From positions 9,858,001 to 9,922,000 of the forward strand of contig OZ059900.1 in assembly GCA_964057225.1 (NCBI GenBank): a stretch of 64,000 nt of DNA, read 5' to 3'. A program made the position numbers and the translations under genes. Positions within the stretch are counted from its first letter, which is position 1, and every line of letters begins with the position of its first letter. Origin of the DNA: Auanema rhodensis. Its lineage: Eukaryota; Animalia; Nematoda. Below, piece after piece: positions 1 through 11,129 of this stretch. The notes under the pieces were generated by a model that was given only the letters and a program-made list of their open reading frames with translations, was not told where the DNA came from and ran no database searches.

Positions 1-45
1 CCTTCCCATATCTTCATCTTTGGGATCGGAAAATACAAGATATAC

Positions 46-190
46 CTCAACCAAACCTCAACGGAGTATAGACGATCTATATTTTGTTGAATTGTTAACT
101 TTCTCTTTAATAAAGCATTCTACCACTGACTATCTGTTCTATTAATTCTCAGCGGAATACCGACAACCGAATACCTTCGCCGAAGCGACA
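46..190. repeat. Dispersed repeat, diverged copy of 2529-2672
   Basis: tatagacgatcta.attttgttgaa...cattctaccactga.tatctg...ac.gacaac.gaat is shared with 2529-2672 in the same orientation. Confidence 0.7.
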
Positions 191-292
191 TTGTCCCTTA
201 TATTCCAGTGATGTTCGGGTGGGTTTCTACTAGTCTTGTAGTGCTTTTATAATGAAACGGAAATATACCAAATGTTAAAGAATAAAAACTTG

Positions 293-325
293 TATATATA
301 TATATATATATATAAATATATATAA
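293..325. repeat. (TA)n microsatellite
   Basis: Direct reading. Confidence 0.9.
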
Positions 326-422
326 GTAGGAATTGTTAGATATAAATGTTTATTATAATAAAAAAACAATAGTTAAAATTCAACAAACAAATTTCAAGTA
401 GATGCCGGTCATTTGTTAAGTT

Positions 423-792
423 TTATTCAGGTTCATTGAAAACCTCGGCGCTGAAAACAAAATTCAATACAAATCAGAATTACAACACTTACGTTTTCAT
501 CTTCAAACTGTCATTTAATCCCCTGAATCTATACTTTTGGTACTTAAACTCGGCCAATTCATCAGAAGAGACAAGACATCCATCGCGTAAGCTTTCTTTT
601 ATTTCCGTAAGCATTGCTCTCATTTTATCAAACATCATACAATGAAGTTTGAGATGTTTCACTTGTAAGGTGTGAGTTAGCCGTTCTTCTACTTGAGTAT
701 GAGAAGCAAACTCGGTTAACTTCTGTTCACAAAGATCTCTGATTTGTTCATCACTGAGATCGTTTTCGTTGTTCATGCTCATCTCTTTAACT
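423..792 (-). CDS. Divergent, possibly 5'-truncated member A of the lineage-specific helical 'EYRK' family
   Basis: VEERLTHTLQVKHLKLHCMM...LAEF...F aligns with the EExxxxxMQLEYRKLH...EF...F block of the 50-63 kb paralogues. It has the same phase-2 terminal intron (ac|gtaagt...tttcag|c) and a last exon 423-450 (AEVFNEPE*). The 5' end is uncertain. Confidence 0.55.
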
Positions 793-996
793 GGAAATAG
801 GTACTTAACTTTAAAAACAACAGCAATTCCAATAAAATGATCAAAAACATTAAAAAAACATATAAAATTGTTATACAGAAGAATAATTAAATCGATATAG
901 TGTTTGAAATTCTCGCAATATCTAATTATCCCGCGTATCATTAGAGCACCGATAACTATTATCTCATAGGTTTTTCATTTCTTCAAAGGATAAAAA

Positions 997-1115
997 AGCT
1001 TACGGCACCCGGGATTCCCAAGCCGTCTCCGATCCAAGTACTAACCGGGCCCAACGTTGCTTGACTTGCCAGATCAGACGGGATGGCGTACTTTCAACGT
1101 GGTATGGTCGTAAGC
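997..1115 (-). rRNA. 5S rRNA gene, copy 1
   Basis: 119 nt, GCTTACGACCATACCACGTTGAAAG...AGTACTTGGATCGGAGACGG...GTAAGCT, closely resembling C. elegans 5S and followed by an oligo-T Pol III terminator. Confidence 0.97.
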
Positions 1116-1186
1116 GGAGTTAACGTTTAGTTTTGTGCTTATGATAGTGAACTTCACTGACCGTGGTGTCAGAAAGCGTTCCATTT

Positions 1187-2375
1187 TGTTACATATATGT
1201 CTCAAAGGAAGGCAGCTGACCATGTCAGCTGCTATTATAAAACTAAAGCGGATAGTTTTGAAGACATTGTGAGAACTTTCTAGATAAACTTTTTATAAGT
1301 ATTGTAACATTTTGTGTAAACTGAGTAGGAGTTGTATGGATATATAAGCCTGAGTCTTCAAGACTAAGGCATCTCATTCTCGTCTGTTTCTTATCTTTTC
1401 TATAGCCTAAATTTTTGTGTAGTGATATTATAATACGAACAATAAAATTTATATATTTTATAGCTTGTTTCTTATTTCACCATACATTACACACTTATAT
1501 TTAAAATCATACTCATCTTCTCATAGTCTGTTTGGATCTCTCAACTTGGAACCATTGAGAATCTAAATGGAACGCACATAATGTTGGGACAACCCGCCAG
1601 AACGAAGACCACAGCTGACATCTACAAAGCAATGCCGACGTGGACAACACAGATGACACAGCAAGCTGTAGGAAATAGCGAAACCGAAGAAGAAGCATCG
1701 TGGATAGAGATAGGGCAAGACCTATCAGTAGTAATCAAAAAACTACTGGCAAAAAGGACTACCAACATGTCCGCATCAAAAAGAAAGGCGAAAGCAGTTA
1801 GCCAAACAATCAGAACAATGGAGCTGCTTGGAATTGCACACATATCGGAAATGATCAGCGGAATAGAGCAACTGACGGATTAACGAGAAGAGGGAAGGTT
1901 AAAACCACTTTTTCAAATTTTATATATCTCTCAAAATTTTTTTTATTAATAGTTTGTTTATCTTCAAAAATTTTTTTTTTATCATGTCTATTTTATTTTT
2001 ATTTTTCTCTTGATTAATATCTGCATATAACAGCTGAGGTCAGCTGACTTGTATCCGGGGGCATGTTACATACATGTCTCAAAGAAAGGCATTTTGTGTA
2101 AATTGAGTAGGAATTGTATGGATATATAAGCCTGAGTCTTGAAGACTCAGGCATCTCATTATCTCATCATCATCTCTTTATATTCTTTTTCTTAACTCTA
2201 GCTTAAATCTTTGTATAATTATATTATAATGCAAACAATAAACCTTTATATATTTCATCTCTTGTTTCTTATTTCACCATACATTACACACTTATATTTA
2301 AAAATAAAATAAAATATTTAAAATTTAAAATTTAGACTTTCTCAACTTGGAACCATTGAGGATCCAAATGAAGTG
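1187..2375 (+). mobile_element. Small non-autonomous LTR-like element (TRIM-like remnant)
   Basis: Two direct repeats start TGTTACAT (1187-~1578 and 2064-~2369) and share a TATA box, a gcctgagtctt.aagact.aggc hairpin and AATAAA. The purine run gggggca lies immediately before the second repeat (PPT-like). No RT or integrase, and no TSD or PBS recovered. Confidence 0.65.
1581..1883 (+). CDS. 100-aa intronless ORF inside the LTR-like element, function unknown
   Basis: It begins right after the first LTR-like repeat and has purine-rich, coding-like composition. No recognised domain. Confidence 0.35.
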   Translation: MLGQPARTKTTADIYKAMPTWTTQMTQQAVGNSETEEEASWIEIGQDLSVVIKKLLAKRTTNMSASKRKAKAVSQTIRTMELLGIAHISEMISGIEQLTD

Positions 2376-2414
2376 ATTTGGATCCTCAATAGTTCCAAGT
2401 CGAGAAAGTCCAAA
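2331..2414. repeat. Fold-back inverted repeat (39-bp arms, 3 mismatches, 6-nt loop)
   Basis: tttagactttctcaacttggaaccattgaggatccaaat-gaagtg-atttggatcctcaatagttccaagtcgagaaagtccaaa. Confidence 0.9.
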
Positions 2415-2700
2415 CAGAGCATTACTCACCATGTTATGATGATAACACATATCGAAGTCGATGAGAGCGACAATTCTCTTCAAAAGGGGATGGGCCGTTC
2501 CCACCAGCAGTGCAAGAGCGGGTTGACCCCTTAATCGAACTTCAACAGACTATAGACGATCTAAATTTTGTTGAAACTGTTAACGTTTCTAATAAAACAT
2601 TCTACCACTGATTATCTGATCTAGCTATCTTCATCAGGATACTGACAACAGAATGCCTCTGCTGAAGTGGCAGAGTTAACGTAAAAAAGAGACTGTTTAT

Positions 2701-2835
2701 CTGGAAATTCAAAATATATTATTCCAAAAACATCATAAAAGGTATAAAATTATGTACTATGATTTCTAACTAGTATTATGATCATATCGCTTTGAACCAA
2801 ACTCTTTGGGATATAATGAAGATAGATGAATGCAT
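2701..2835. repeat. Repeat shared with the upstream flank of 5S copy 2 (9168-9293)
   Basis: ctggaaattcaaaatatatta...tcataaaagg.t.aaaattatgtactatgatttct...tatgatcatatcg is present at both sites. Confidence 0.8.
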
Positions 2836-2900
2836 TTTTTTACTTATAAATCGTTATTTATAAAGATTGAGAAAATTTTATTTTTATAATTCGCCATACA

Positions 2901-3013
2901 TGATATTTTAGTAGAAGGTTAGATTGCCTACTGCAAGCAGTTTTAAATGTTGAACGTAATATATGACATTAGAAAACGAAAAATATGAAATACAGAACAG
3001 TCAGCGACCTTCT
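2901..3013 (-). repeat. Segment homologous to 53404-53517 and 52705-52792 (possible decayed exon)
   Basis: The reverse complement agaaggtcgctgact...ttttctaatgtcatatattacgttca.cattt..aactgc.tgcagtaggc matches 53404-53517. Confidence 0.75.
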
Positions 3014-3960
3014 TACAACACTCAATGAGCAACCTACAAGATCAAACAATACCTTTTGAAATCAAAAATTCGAAAAATCATTGTTGTACTAAAATCTGCT
3101 AATAGAAGCACGGCAGAGGTAAAATTAAACCGATTAATGTGAAAAGAACTGCTTAAATTTAAGAAACCAAAAGTAATACAGCAGAGCTGCAGGATGATCG
3201 TTATGTTTTGTGGCCAATATAACATATCTCATTACTCTCTTCATCTGTCACAAATCGCTTCAGAGTCAAAAAAATAGGGATAAGCATGATGTTTTTACAT
3301 TAAAACAATTCATCTTGTGCTTGAATATTCAAGTCAATTAATGCCGTATTCTTTATCCATTTAAATAGCTAAGTATAGCTGGCTGTTGGCTTCCCTAGAG
3401 CGCATTTGAACACTATAGTGAACGAAAAAATGAGAAATTATAAATTTTAAAGGAGATTTCGTATGATCTGAAGTCTATAAGTATTGTATTCTCCTCGTCA
3501 ACAGCATTTTATATGCGTAGATATTCATTTTATCGTTATCAACAATATTTATTTTTTTATTTACAAGTTGAAGCGCTTCTGCTATGCTGAAGGTTATCGG
3601 GATCAATGAAATGTGGAAATGGCTGCTACTATGAGCTTTCTACTTCACAATTTATATGGTGAACTCTAGTTTTTATTCTTATGAATTGATAAAATAAGAA
3701 AATAAAATTTATTACATAAAACAATAAAAAATTTTAATAATTCGGAATATCGAAAATAAATAAAACAATCAGCTTGAAAAATGTAGATAATTTTGCATTT
3801 CACAGCATACTCTGTTAAATAATAAGACAAAAGTGAATATAAAACCAAGCAATGAGAGAATGTATTTCATGCTCTCAGTAAAACATAGCCTCAGAAACAT
3901 TCATATAGCTTTACAAAACATTTTTACTGTTAGACGCCTTCTATAGTAGGCAATATAACA

Positions 3961-4566
3961 TTAGAATAAATCCAACGCTGGCATAATTTCAAAATCAGCA
4001 TCTATCAAGTTGCCGTCAGTCGGAACAACAGCTTCATCAGAAACAGCAGGAACAGTGGCATCTTCAGAGCCAGCATCATTTCCAATTGTTGGTGTTGCGT
4101 TATGAGGAACACCCCCAAATTTTAAAACCAACGGTGTGTTACCGGGAACAGAGCTCTGTTCCGATCTCCTTATTTTGTCGTCATGAGAAATACCGAAATT
4201 GTGAGCAAACTTCTTAACAATATTCCACTCATCTTTTTCATAAAGCTCATGAGGCTCATTGCGAGTTGCTCTGTGATATTCTTCATTGGCACAGTTCTGA
4301 AGCTAAAATTTAGTTGAAGAAAATCTAATTAATAAGCTCACTTGACGAGTGAAATTGAATGTAGCTTCAATCTTCTGATAAAGAAGAGCATTTTTCATAT
4401 CAGTCGTGAACGAATTGACCCGATGCTGATGAGCACGAGTGTAGCTTGAACGGTATACAGATGCATCTACTGTTGGTGATAAATTGTTCATACTATGATC
4501 TGTCTGGGAAACACTTCTCATACGATTTGTATAAATATACTGAGGAACGTGATCATCGGTAGGCAT
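3961..4566 (-). CDS. Two-coding-exon orphan protein, ~188 aa, acidic C-terminus (…DADFEIMPALDLF)
   Basis: Exon 4566-4342, a 39-nt gtgagc...tttag intron, then exon 4302-3961, open in phase 0. No recognised domain. Confidence 0.7.
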
Positions 4567-5807
4567 TTCTTAAATCTTAAAAATAAGATTAATTCGAAAA
4601 AATATGATTATAAGAGCTTACTTGAGTGACAGCTGTTGAGAAGAGCTGAGAAGGTTGAATAAAAAATTCTGAAATGCACAGCTTTAATTTATTTTCAAAA
4701 TGAAAGAAAAAACAACAAAAACATGAAAATGTCACATACGAGTCATCTTTAAAATATTTAGGGTAAGCAGTTTAGATATATAGATAGACCGTTACGATGA
4801 TTCAGATTTCCCCGTTTGCTTAACTTCTCTTTTAATACTTTGCAATTAAAATAAAATATTTCTTTTTTCCAGCCCAAATAAACATTTTTTTTTATAAAAT
4901 CAACATAAAAACATTGAAGAAAAGATAACAAAAAGTAAAATTTAATGATCATGGGTTGGCAGCTATGATTTTTATTCGTATGTAACTGACTGTACTGTAA
5001 TCCACACCGGAAAGACGTCAATATTGAGATCAAACTATGCAGATTAGGGACATAAAGTAAAGATATTGATCAATTATATTATATTTTGTATACACCAGAA
5101 AAGAATAAAGTTAATCACAAGTTTGATAATAGCGAAATGGTTGGAAATAATTGTTTTTCATTTAACCAACAGTAACTTACGCTCGGATGTAATAATACAT
5201 GGCAAGATGAACTTGTCAGGATATCCTAATTATATTTTATTGTTATTTCTATGTTTTTTCTTTTATATAAAACAAAATCAGTAAAAAATGATCATTTTCC
5301 CAATTTTTTCGATTAAAGAGCTCATTATAATTCTATGCTTTTTTTATAATATAAGCTAGGATTCTGGTAAATTATTTGGATACTCGGAGTTATAATTTTA
5401 ATGATGTCTGTTCAATTAATATACAAAATCATTATATCTATGAGCAATTTGTGATATAGAGCTTTTATACTATCTTATGCGGAAGCATTTTATCACAGAT
5501 ATCGTGGATTTCAAGCGGTTTCTCTCTACTCAGCGAACGTTCAAGCGAAGTATTGTCGCTGGATGTGCGCAAAGAAAAATTTTTAAATTGTATTAACTTG
5601 TTTGTATTTTGTTGATTGTTTTCACGTTGTCAGTATTTCATTTATATAAAAAAACTGAAAATATTACAGAATAAATTTATTAAATGCAAAACAAATTGAT
5701 TAAAAAGCAAATCTTCGGATATGGCTCTAATAAAAAAATCTTCAAAACATATTAAAGCTATGCAAATATGACAAAAATGATACAAGAAAACTTCTCAAAT
5801 ATAATTT

Positions 5808-7689
5808 TCACCATTCACGAGGTGGCAAAAGCATATCCAAATGCAAGTCAAAATCAGTATAGGCAGATAGGTCCTCTTCAAGGGGATCAATAGCTGGTCT
5901 CTTCCTCATGGCAATAGTTGCTAATGGCTTTGGAGGTTTACTGCTACGACGCTTGGCTGATGAAGACTTTGGAAACGCCACATATGATGTATGAGATTCT
6001 ACGTGCACTACGGTGTATACCTTAGCAGAATTACATTTTTCCATGGGCAAGCCACTAGAGACATTCTTCGACGAGTCTACAGTTTGATCTCCAACCATTA
6101 GTTCAATGTTGTCTAGTTTTGCTTTCTTATTCAAAACCTCGTCATTTCTGGCCAGCTACAATGAATTAACTGATTATAACATAATTATACTAACATAAGT
6201 TATATAGGTAAACTTAATCATTTTTAAACTCACAATTGCTTTTTCATTCTGAACTTGGCTTTTAATCAGCCTTATCTTATCCTGTTCCAACTAAAAATAT
6301 AATTTAAACAGAGAGAAAACAAGAATATGCTTACAACATCCAGTATTTCCCTTTGCTGCTTATTAGAAATAGAGAGATTATTTTCAAACATGTAAGGAAA
6401 CTTGGGTTCTTCAGGATTATATGATGAATTATCAAAATTGTTTATCTGAAAGATTAAACTTCAGAAAAACATTGAAAGACTATTTAACCATTTCCCTAAC
6501 ATGACAAAATACTTCGTCACTAATGTCCTTCAGTTGAAACTCTCTATTATTAGCAAATTCAGTCATGCTTTGATCGCATCCAAAAAAAAGCTGAAATCAA
6601 GTTGTATCTGGAAAATTTTGTAAATCCTGCTCACCACATTTCGAATAATCTCCAAAACTTGTTTATTTGAAACCTTACTATTATGATCTTCTGGATACTT
6701 CTGAAACATTGAAAACTAGTAATTGTTCATGCAATAACTGTAATTACCTTATGAATACATTGGTGATCATATTGATGACATAAGATGATATTTTCCTTCA
6801 GATCCTTTACAACATCAAGTACATCTTCACTTAGTTTTTCTTCTTTATTACAACTTTCGTACATGTGATGTTTAAGAGATTCCATATTATCCAGCATATC
6901 ATCACAGAGTTTATCCATTTCAAGGAGTTTTTTTTCACCCGACAAGGAAGAAGTAAGCATTTCAGAAGAAATGTTATCACAAGTGCATAGATGATGCAAT
7001 TCTTTCATGTAATGTGATAATTCTTGCTTTTGGAAGAAATGGTCAGTAATTCTTTCTTGGCTCTTATCCTGCCAGTCGTTTGGCAGTTTCTCTCTCTCCA
7101 TCGGCATCTCTTTGAATACTTTTTCATCTTTTGCAAGCAAAGCCAATTCAGAAGCAACTGCTTTGTTTATTTGTTCAAAAGTTTCCTGAAACAAAGAATA
7201 TTCATATCATATGCGATTGCAAGTAGTTACCGTTTTTCCGGAAGATATGTGTTCGAGCTTTTGGGGATCACTAAGAAATGGAGCATGACTATCAGAACAT
7301 AGAACATTGTTTTCTTTTCCAGCTTTAGTAGATAAGCATTGAGAAAGAGAAATTTCAAGCTTGGACAAAACTTTTGTTGTATTGATAACAGAACTATCCA
7401 TCTTATAAAAATGTTGAGACCTTTCAGCCGAATTGCCTTTGGTATTAACACTTGAATCAGAAATCTCGCAAATAACGGGATGAGAATGAGCCTCGACCAT
7501 AGAAGTATCAGACACAGCATTCGTTGCTACACTTTCTTCATTGATTACAGTGAAAAGTTGAGCAGATTCGTTGGGCACATTATTAACGTCATTGGGAGAA
7601 TTATTATCAATGTCTGTCATGAGGACATCCAAAGTAGTTGTAAGAAGTTCAGATACTTGATTATCTATCTCAAGACCTAAGGAACTCAT
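5808..7689 (-). CDS. Multi-exon lineage-specific protein, family 2, left copy (S/T-rich N-terminus plus Cys-containing helical region)
   Basis: About 7 exons with canonical GT-AG boundaries. Exon by exon it is homologous to 53736-55381: KYPED..VSNKQV / QYPDD..VSNEQV, LFFGC / IFFGC, FQLKDIS..F.H.R / FQLKDVS..F.H.R, LEQDKI / LEKDRL. Confidence 0.75.
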
Positions 7690-8926
7690 CTCAAAATAAA
7701 AAATAATATCAACATTAGCTGGAAATAACAAACCACAAATAAATTGAACAACAGCAGGAAGAAACAATAAAACAGCTATATTACCTATAATAAGTAAAAA
7801 ATTAACAAATTAACAATCAAAAGGAAAAAAAAGAATGCTAAAACATAATTTTCAATAATTGTCAAAAGCATTGGTTACAGGATCACAAATACATAAAATA
7901 GATTAGAATACGTGATAACAGTAATGCCAAAAGTTATCGGTATACAAGATATGAGTTAGAGTCAGAGATGGCATCTCTGTAAATGCGATATTCTGGATGA
8001 CATTCTATGTTTGATATTCCCGCCTACTATTCGTCGTTGAGAATGTTTACCATATTACATGACATTAAGAAACAGTTATTATCAAATATATGATATTCAA
8101 TGACCTCTTACTAGCAGTCAAACAGCGATCTGTATCACGAGTATGAGATTAAGTGCATCTATTTCAAGTTGAAAATTGAAAGAATTGCGAAACGCCTATA
8201 TTTTGAGTTTAATTAATTGACAATAGAGCATAGATGAGGAAATTCGACAATAAAAGTTGAAAGGTGTCTGTATTATATCAAAAATAATTCAGAAAGATCT
8301 TGCGGATGATACACACTACCTATCAGCCGTACCTATTAATTTTAGCAACAATAAAAAACTTGTAAATATTCCCGTTGAAAAATACCGGACTCGATATGTT
8401 TTAGATTCTCAAACACAGCTAATTATATCAAAAAAACTTAAAATATTAACTATTAAACCTAACAAGTAATTTTAAAAATTAAAATCAACAACCGATTAAG
8501 AATGATAGAGTCTACAACATAGAAAAAATTGTAGAAAGAAAAATATATAATTTTGGAAGAAAATAACAACAGTTGTTTGAATTGGATTGTGATAAGTAAC
8601 TATCCTGCGTAGTATTAGGGCACATACGTAATCATTAATAACTAATTAGTTACCATATCTTTTTATTTCTTCGAAAATTTTCAAAAACAAGAAGAAGTTT
8701 TTGGCATCAGCCAACTTTGTAAAACTATTATTTTTAGAAACAAAAATCAAATCAAAATATCCCGTACATGAGTTCAGTGTTGTTCATGATTACATGAAAA
8801 GGAAGATCACAAATACGTGAATGTCAATACATTTTTTGTCTTTTGATCTACCCATCTATCGGAGACCAACCTCCAAATCTTTTCTACTCTGAAATCTAAT
8901 TATTATCTGTGTGTTCGAAAAACAAA

Positions 8927-9045
8927 AGCTTACGGCACCCGGGATTCCCAAGCCGTCTCCGATCCAAGTACTAACCGGGCCCAACGTTGCTTGACTTGCC
9001 AGATCAGACGGGATGGCGTACTTTCAACGTGGTATGGTCGTAAGC
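8927..9045 (-). rRNA. 5S rRNA gene, copy 2
   Basis: Identical over 119 nt to copy 1, followed by T-runs. Confidence 0.97.
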
Positions 9046-10551
9046 AACGCTAGAACGTTATTTGTGGAATTTATTGCAGTGATCTCTGAGTGTCATAGTA
9101 CTAGTCTTGTAGTGGTTTTATAGTTGACTCCATACATTTAGATTAAACGTAAAAAGCAAAGTTTTAGCTGGAAATTCAAAATATATTACTTCAAAAATAT
9201 CATAAAAGGTTTAAAATTATGTACTATGATTTCTTTTTTTTTATGATCATATCGATTTGAGTCAAACTTTATAATGAAGAATGATGAATGCATCTTCTAA
9301 AATTCAAGTTGAGGATTGCTATTAAGTTTAAAAAAAGAAGAAAAAAATCTTCCAATAAAAATGGAAAACTAATTTTTTTTATCATTAATTATACAAACTA
9401 TGATTTTTTGTTTATATAATGTTTATTTATGTTGAATTTACGTTTGAATTGCTTGTCATTCTTTGCATTGATTTCAATTTGTGATAATAAAAAATTCTAA
9501 TAGCATTATGATGTCTTCAAAACTAAAAAAAGGTTGCCAGTGTATAAACATTTCCCGTTAAATTACTTGTTGGGTTATACACACATGAACGTTTTCGGCA
9601 TTTAAAGAAAAATGAAGCTATTAATCAGATGGTCGTTTTCAATGTACTTTTGAATTTGATGCAAAATTCCAAAAAAGAAATGGAACACTCATCATTTTTG
9701 CGCTATATCATTTTGTAAAAAAGTGTTAAAATAAGGCTATACTATCATCTTTTCATCATTTGATAATTTTTTCTCATTTTTTTCTCAGAATATTGTCCCT
9801 TCTATCTGTTTAAGTTGTCGATATTCACAAAGTGTTTCACATGATGAGAACAAAAAGAAATTGAAATGATGCGTAAAAGTGAAATGAAAAATGTGATCGA
9901 GGATAGGGGAATGTACAACATGAACTAACTGTTTTGTGGGTCAAAAAATCCTGTTAATTCAAATCTTTCATGATTTTTCATCTTTTAAGACAAAAGCTTA
10001 TCAGGATTTTAAAGTAATTTTTTTCCCAAAATTGATTGTTCAATAGGGTGAAGTAGACAGTTAATGATGTATTAGATGATGTATAAACATGTAGCATATC
10101 TAGATAATCAACAACCAGACTTATGCTAATGATTATGAAAATCCGGAAAATTTTCTATTTTCATCAAAATATTGTCGTTGATATATAAGATATAATTTTT
10201 ATGCATTTGCGATTGCATAATCTGATTCCTGTTTTCATTTTTCTCACTTTTCCATCTGATTGAGATTTGGCAAAAAAGACCAGCTTGAGAGTGAAACAAA
10301 GACAATTTTTCCATATTAAATTGTCTTTTAATGGATTTTATATATCGTGGGGCGGGTAGATTTTTCTCATTTTCATCCATCCATCAGAATCCCGGTGAGG
10401 CGTATTTATAAGGAAGGACAGATAATTACTTATCTTCAGTGTTAGAATACGCAAGTTTGTCGTCGCTGGTTCGATTATTCCATTCCGATAGTCCGGCGTG
10501 TGTGTGTGTGTCTGTGACTGTGTGCTTTCTCGGATTCGACCTATATTAGCT

Positions 10552-11129
10552 ATGCGTTCCAACTATTTGCTACTGACTGTTCTTTTAACTGTATTTGCCT
10601 TAGGTGAGCTTTATTTCTCTATTTTGAAAACGAGAAAACTTTTTTTTTGAGAATTTTTGAGAACTTTTATCTAAAAATCGAATACGAATACATGTACGAT
10701 ACACTTTACCGACTATCGGTTTTTCATTAGCATTAACTTGCTTCATTCTTTCTATTACAACTCAAACTCTAATGAATGTTGCTGTATGTTGCTCATCAAT
10801 TCTAAATAGTGAAAATGTATCTATGAAAATGCACAAACAACTATATCTGTTAAGCTAGCGGCGCTGTTTTCAATCGTCAACGTCGTCAAACTTACAAATA
10901 CGATGATGAATTACGATCATATGCTCATCCACATCCAGGAACCAAAGTATCACAAGGCTACCTAGCCAGATATGAGCCTCAAGATTGGCCTAAATGGTAT
11001 GTGAATACAATCAAATGAAATCATACAATATATTTATAATTCAGGTATTCAAGAAATATTATGCAATGGGATGCCATATCACGTATGGTACCCGAAAGTG
11101 CACCACAAAGATGGGGATATGGAAAATAA
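10552..11129 (+). CDS. 92-aa secreted peptide precursor (signal peptide, RQRR cleavage site, C-terminal GK amidation signal)
   Basis: Exons 10552-10603, 10855-10996 and 11045-11129 join in phase to give MRSNYLLLTVLLTVFALASGAVFNRQRR-QTYKYDDELRSYAHPHPGTKVSQGYLARYEPQDWPKWYSRNIMQWDAISRMVPESAPQRWGYGK*. A TATA-like tatttataa lies ~145 bp upstream. Confidence 0.75.

Noticed and set aside
46-190. BEL/Pao integrase C-terminal remnant (IDRLYSVEV on the minus strand)
   Set aside because: The resemblance is too short and is interrupted by stops, so it is kept only as an unclassified repeat.
900-9300. SL1/SL2 spliced-leader RNA genes near the 5S copies
   Set aside because: No leader 22-mer was seen on either strand.
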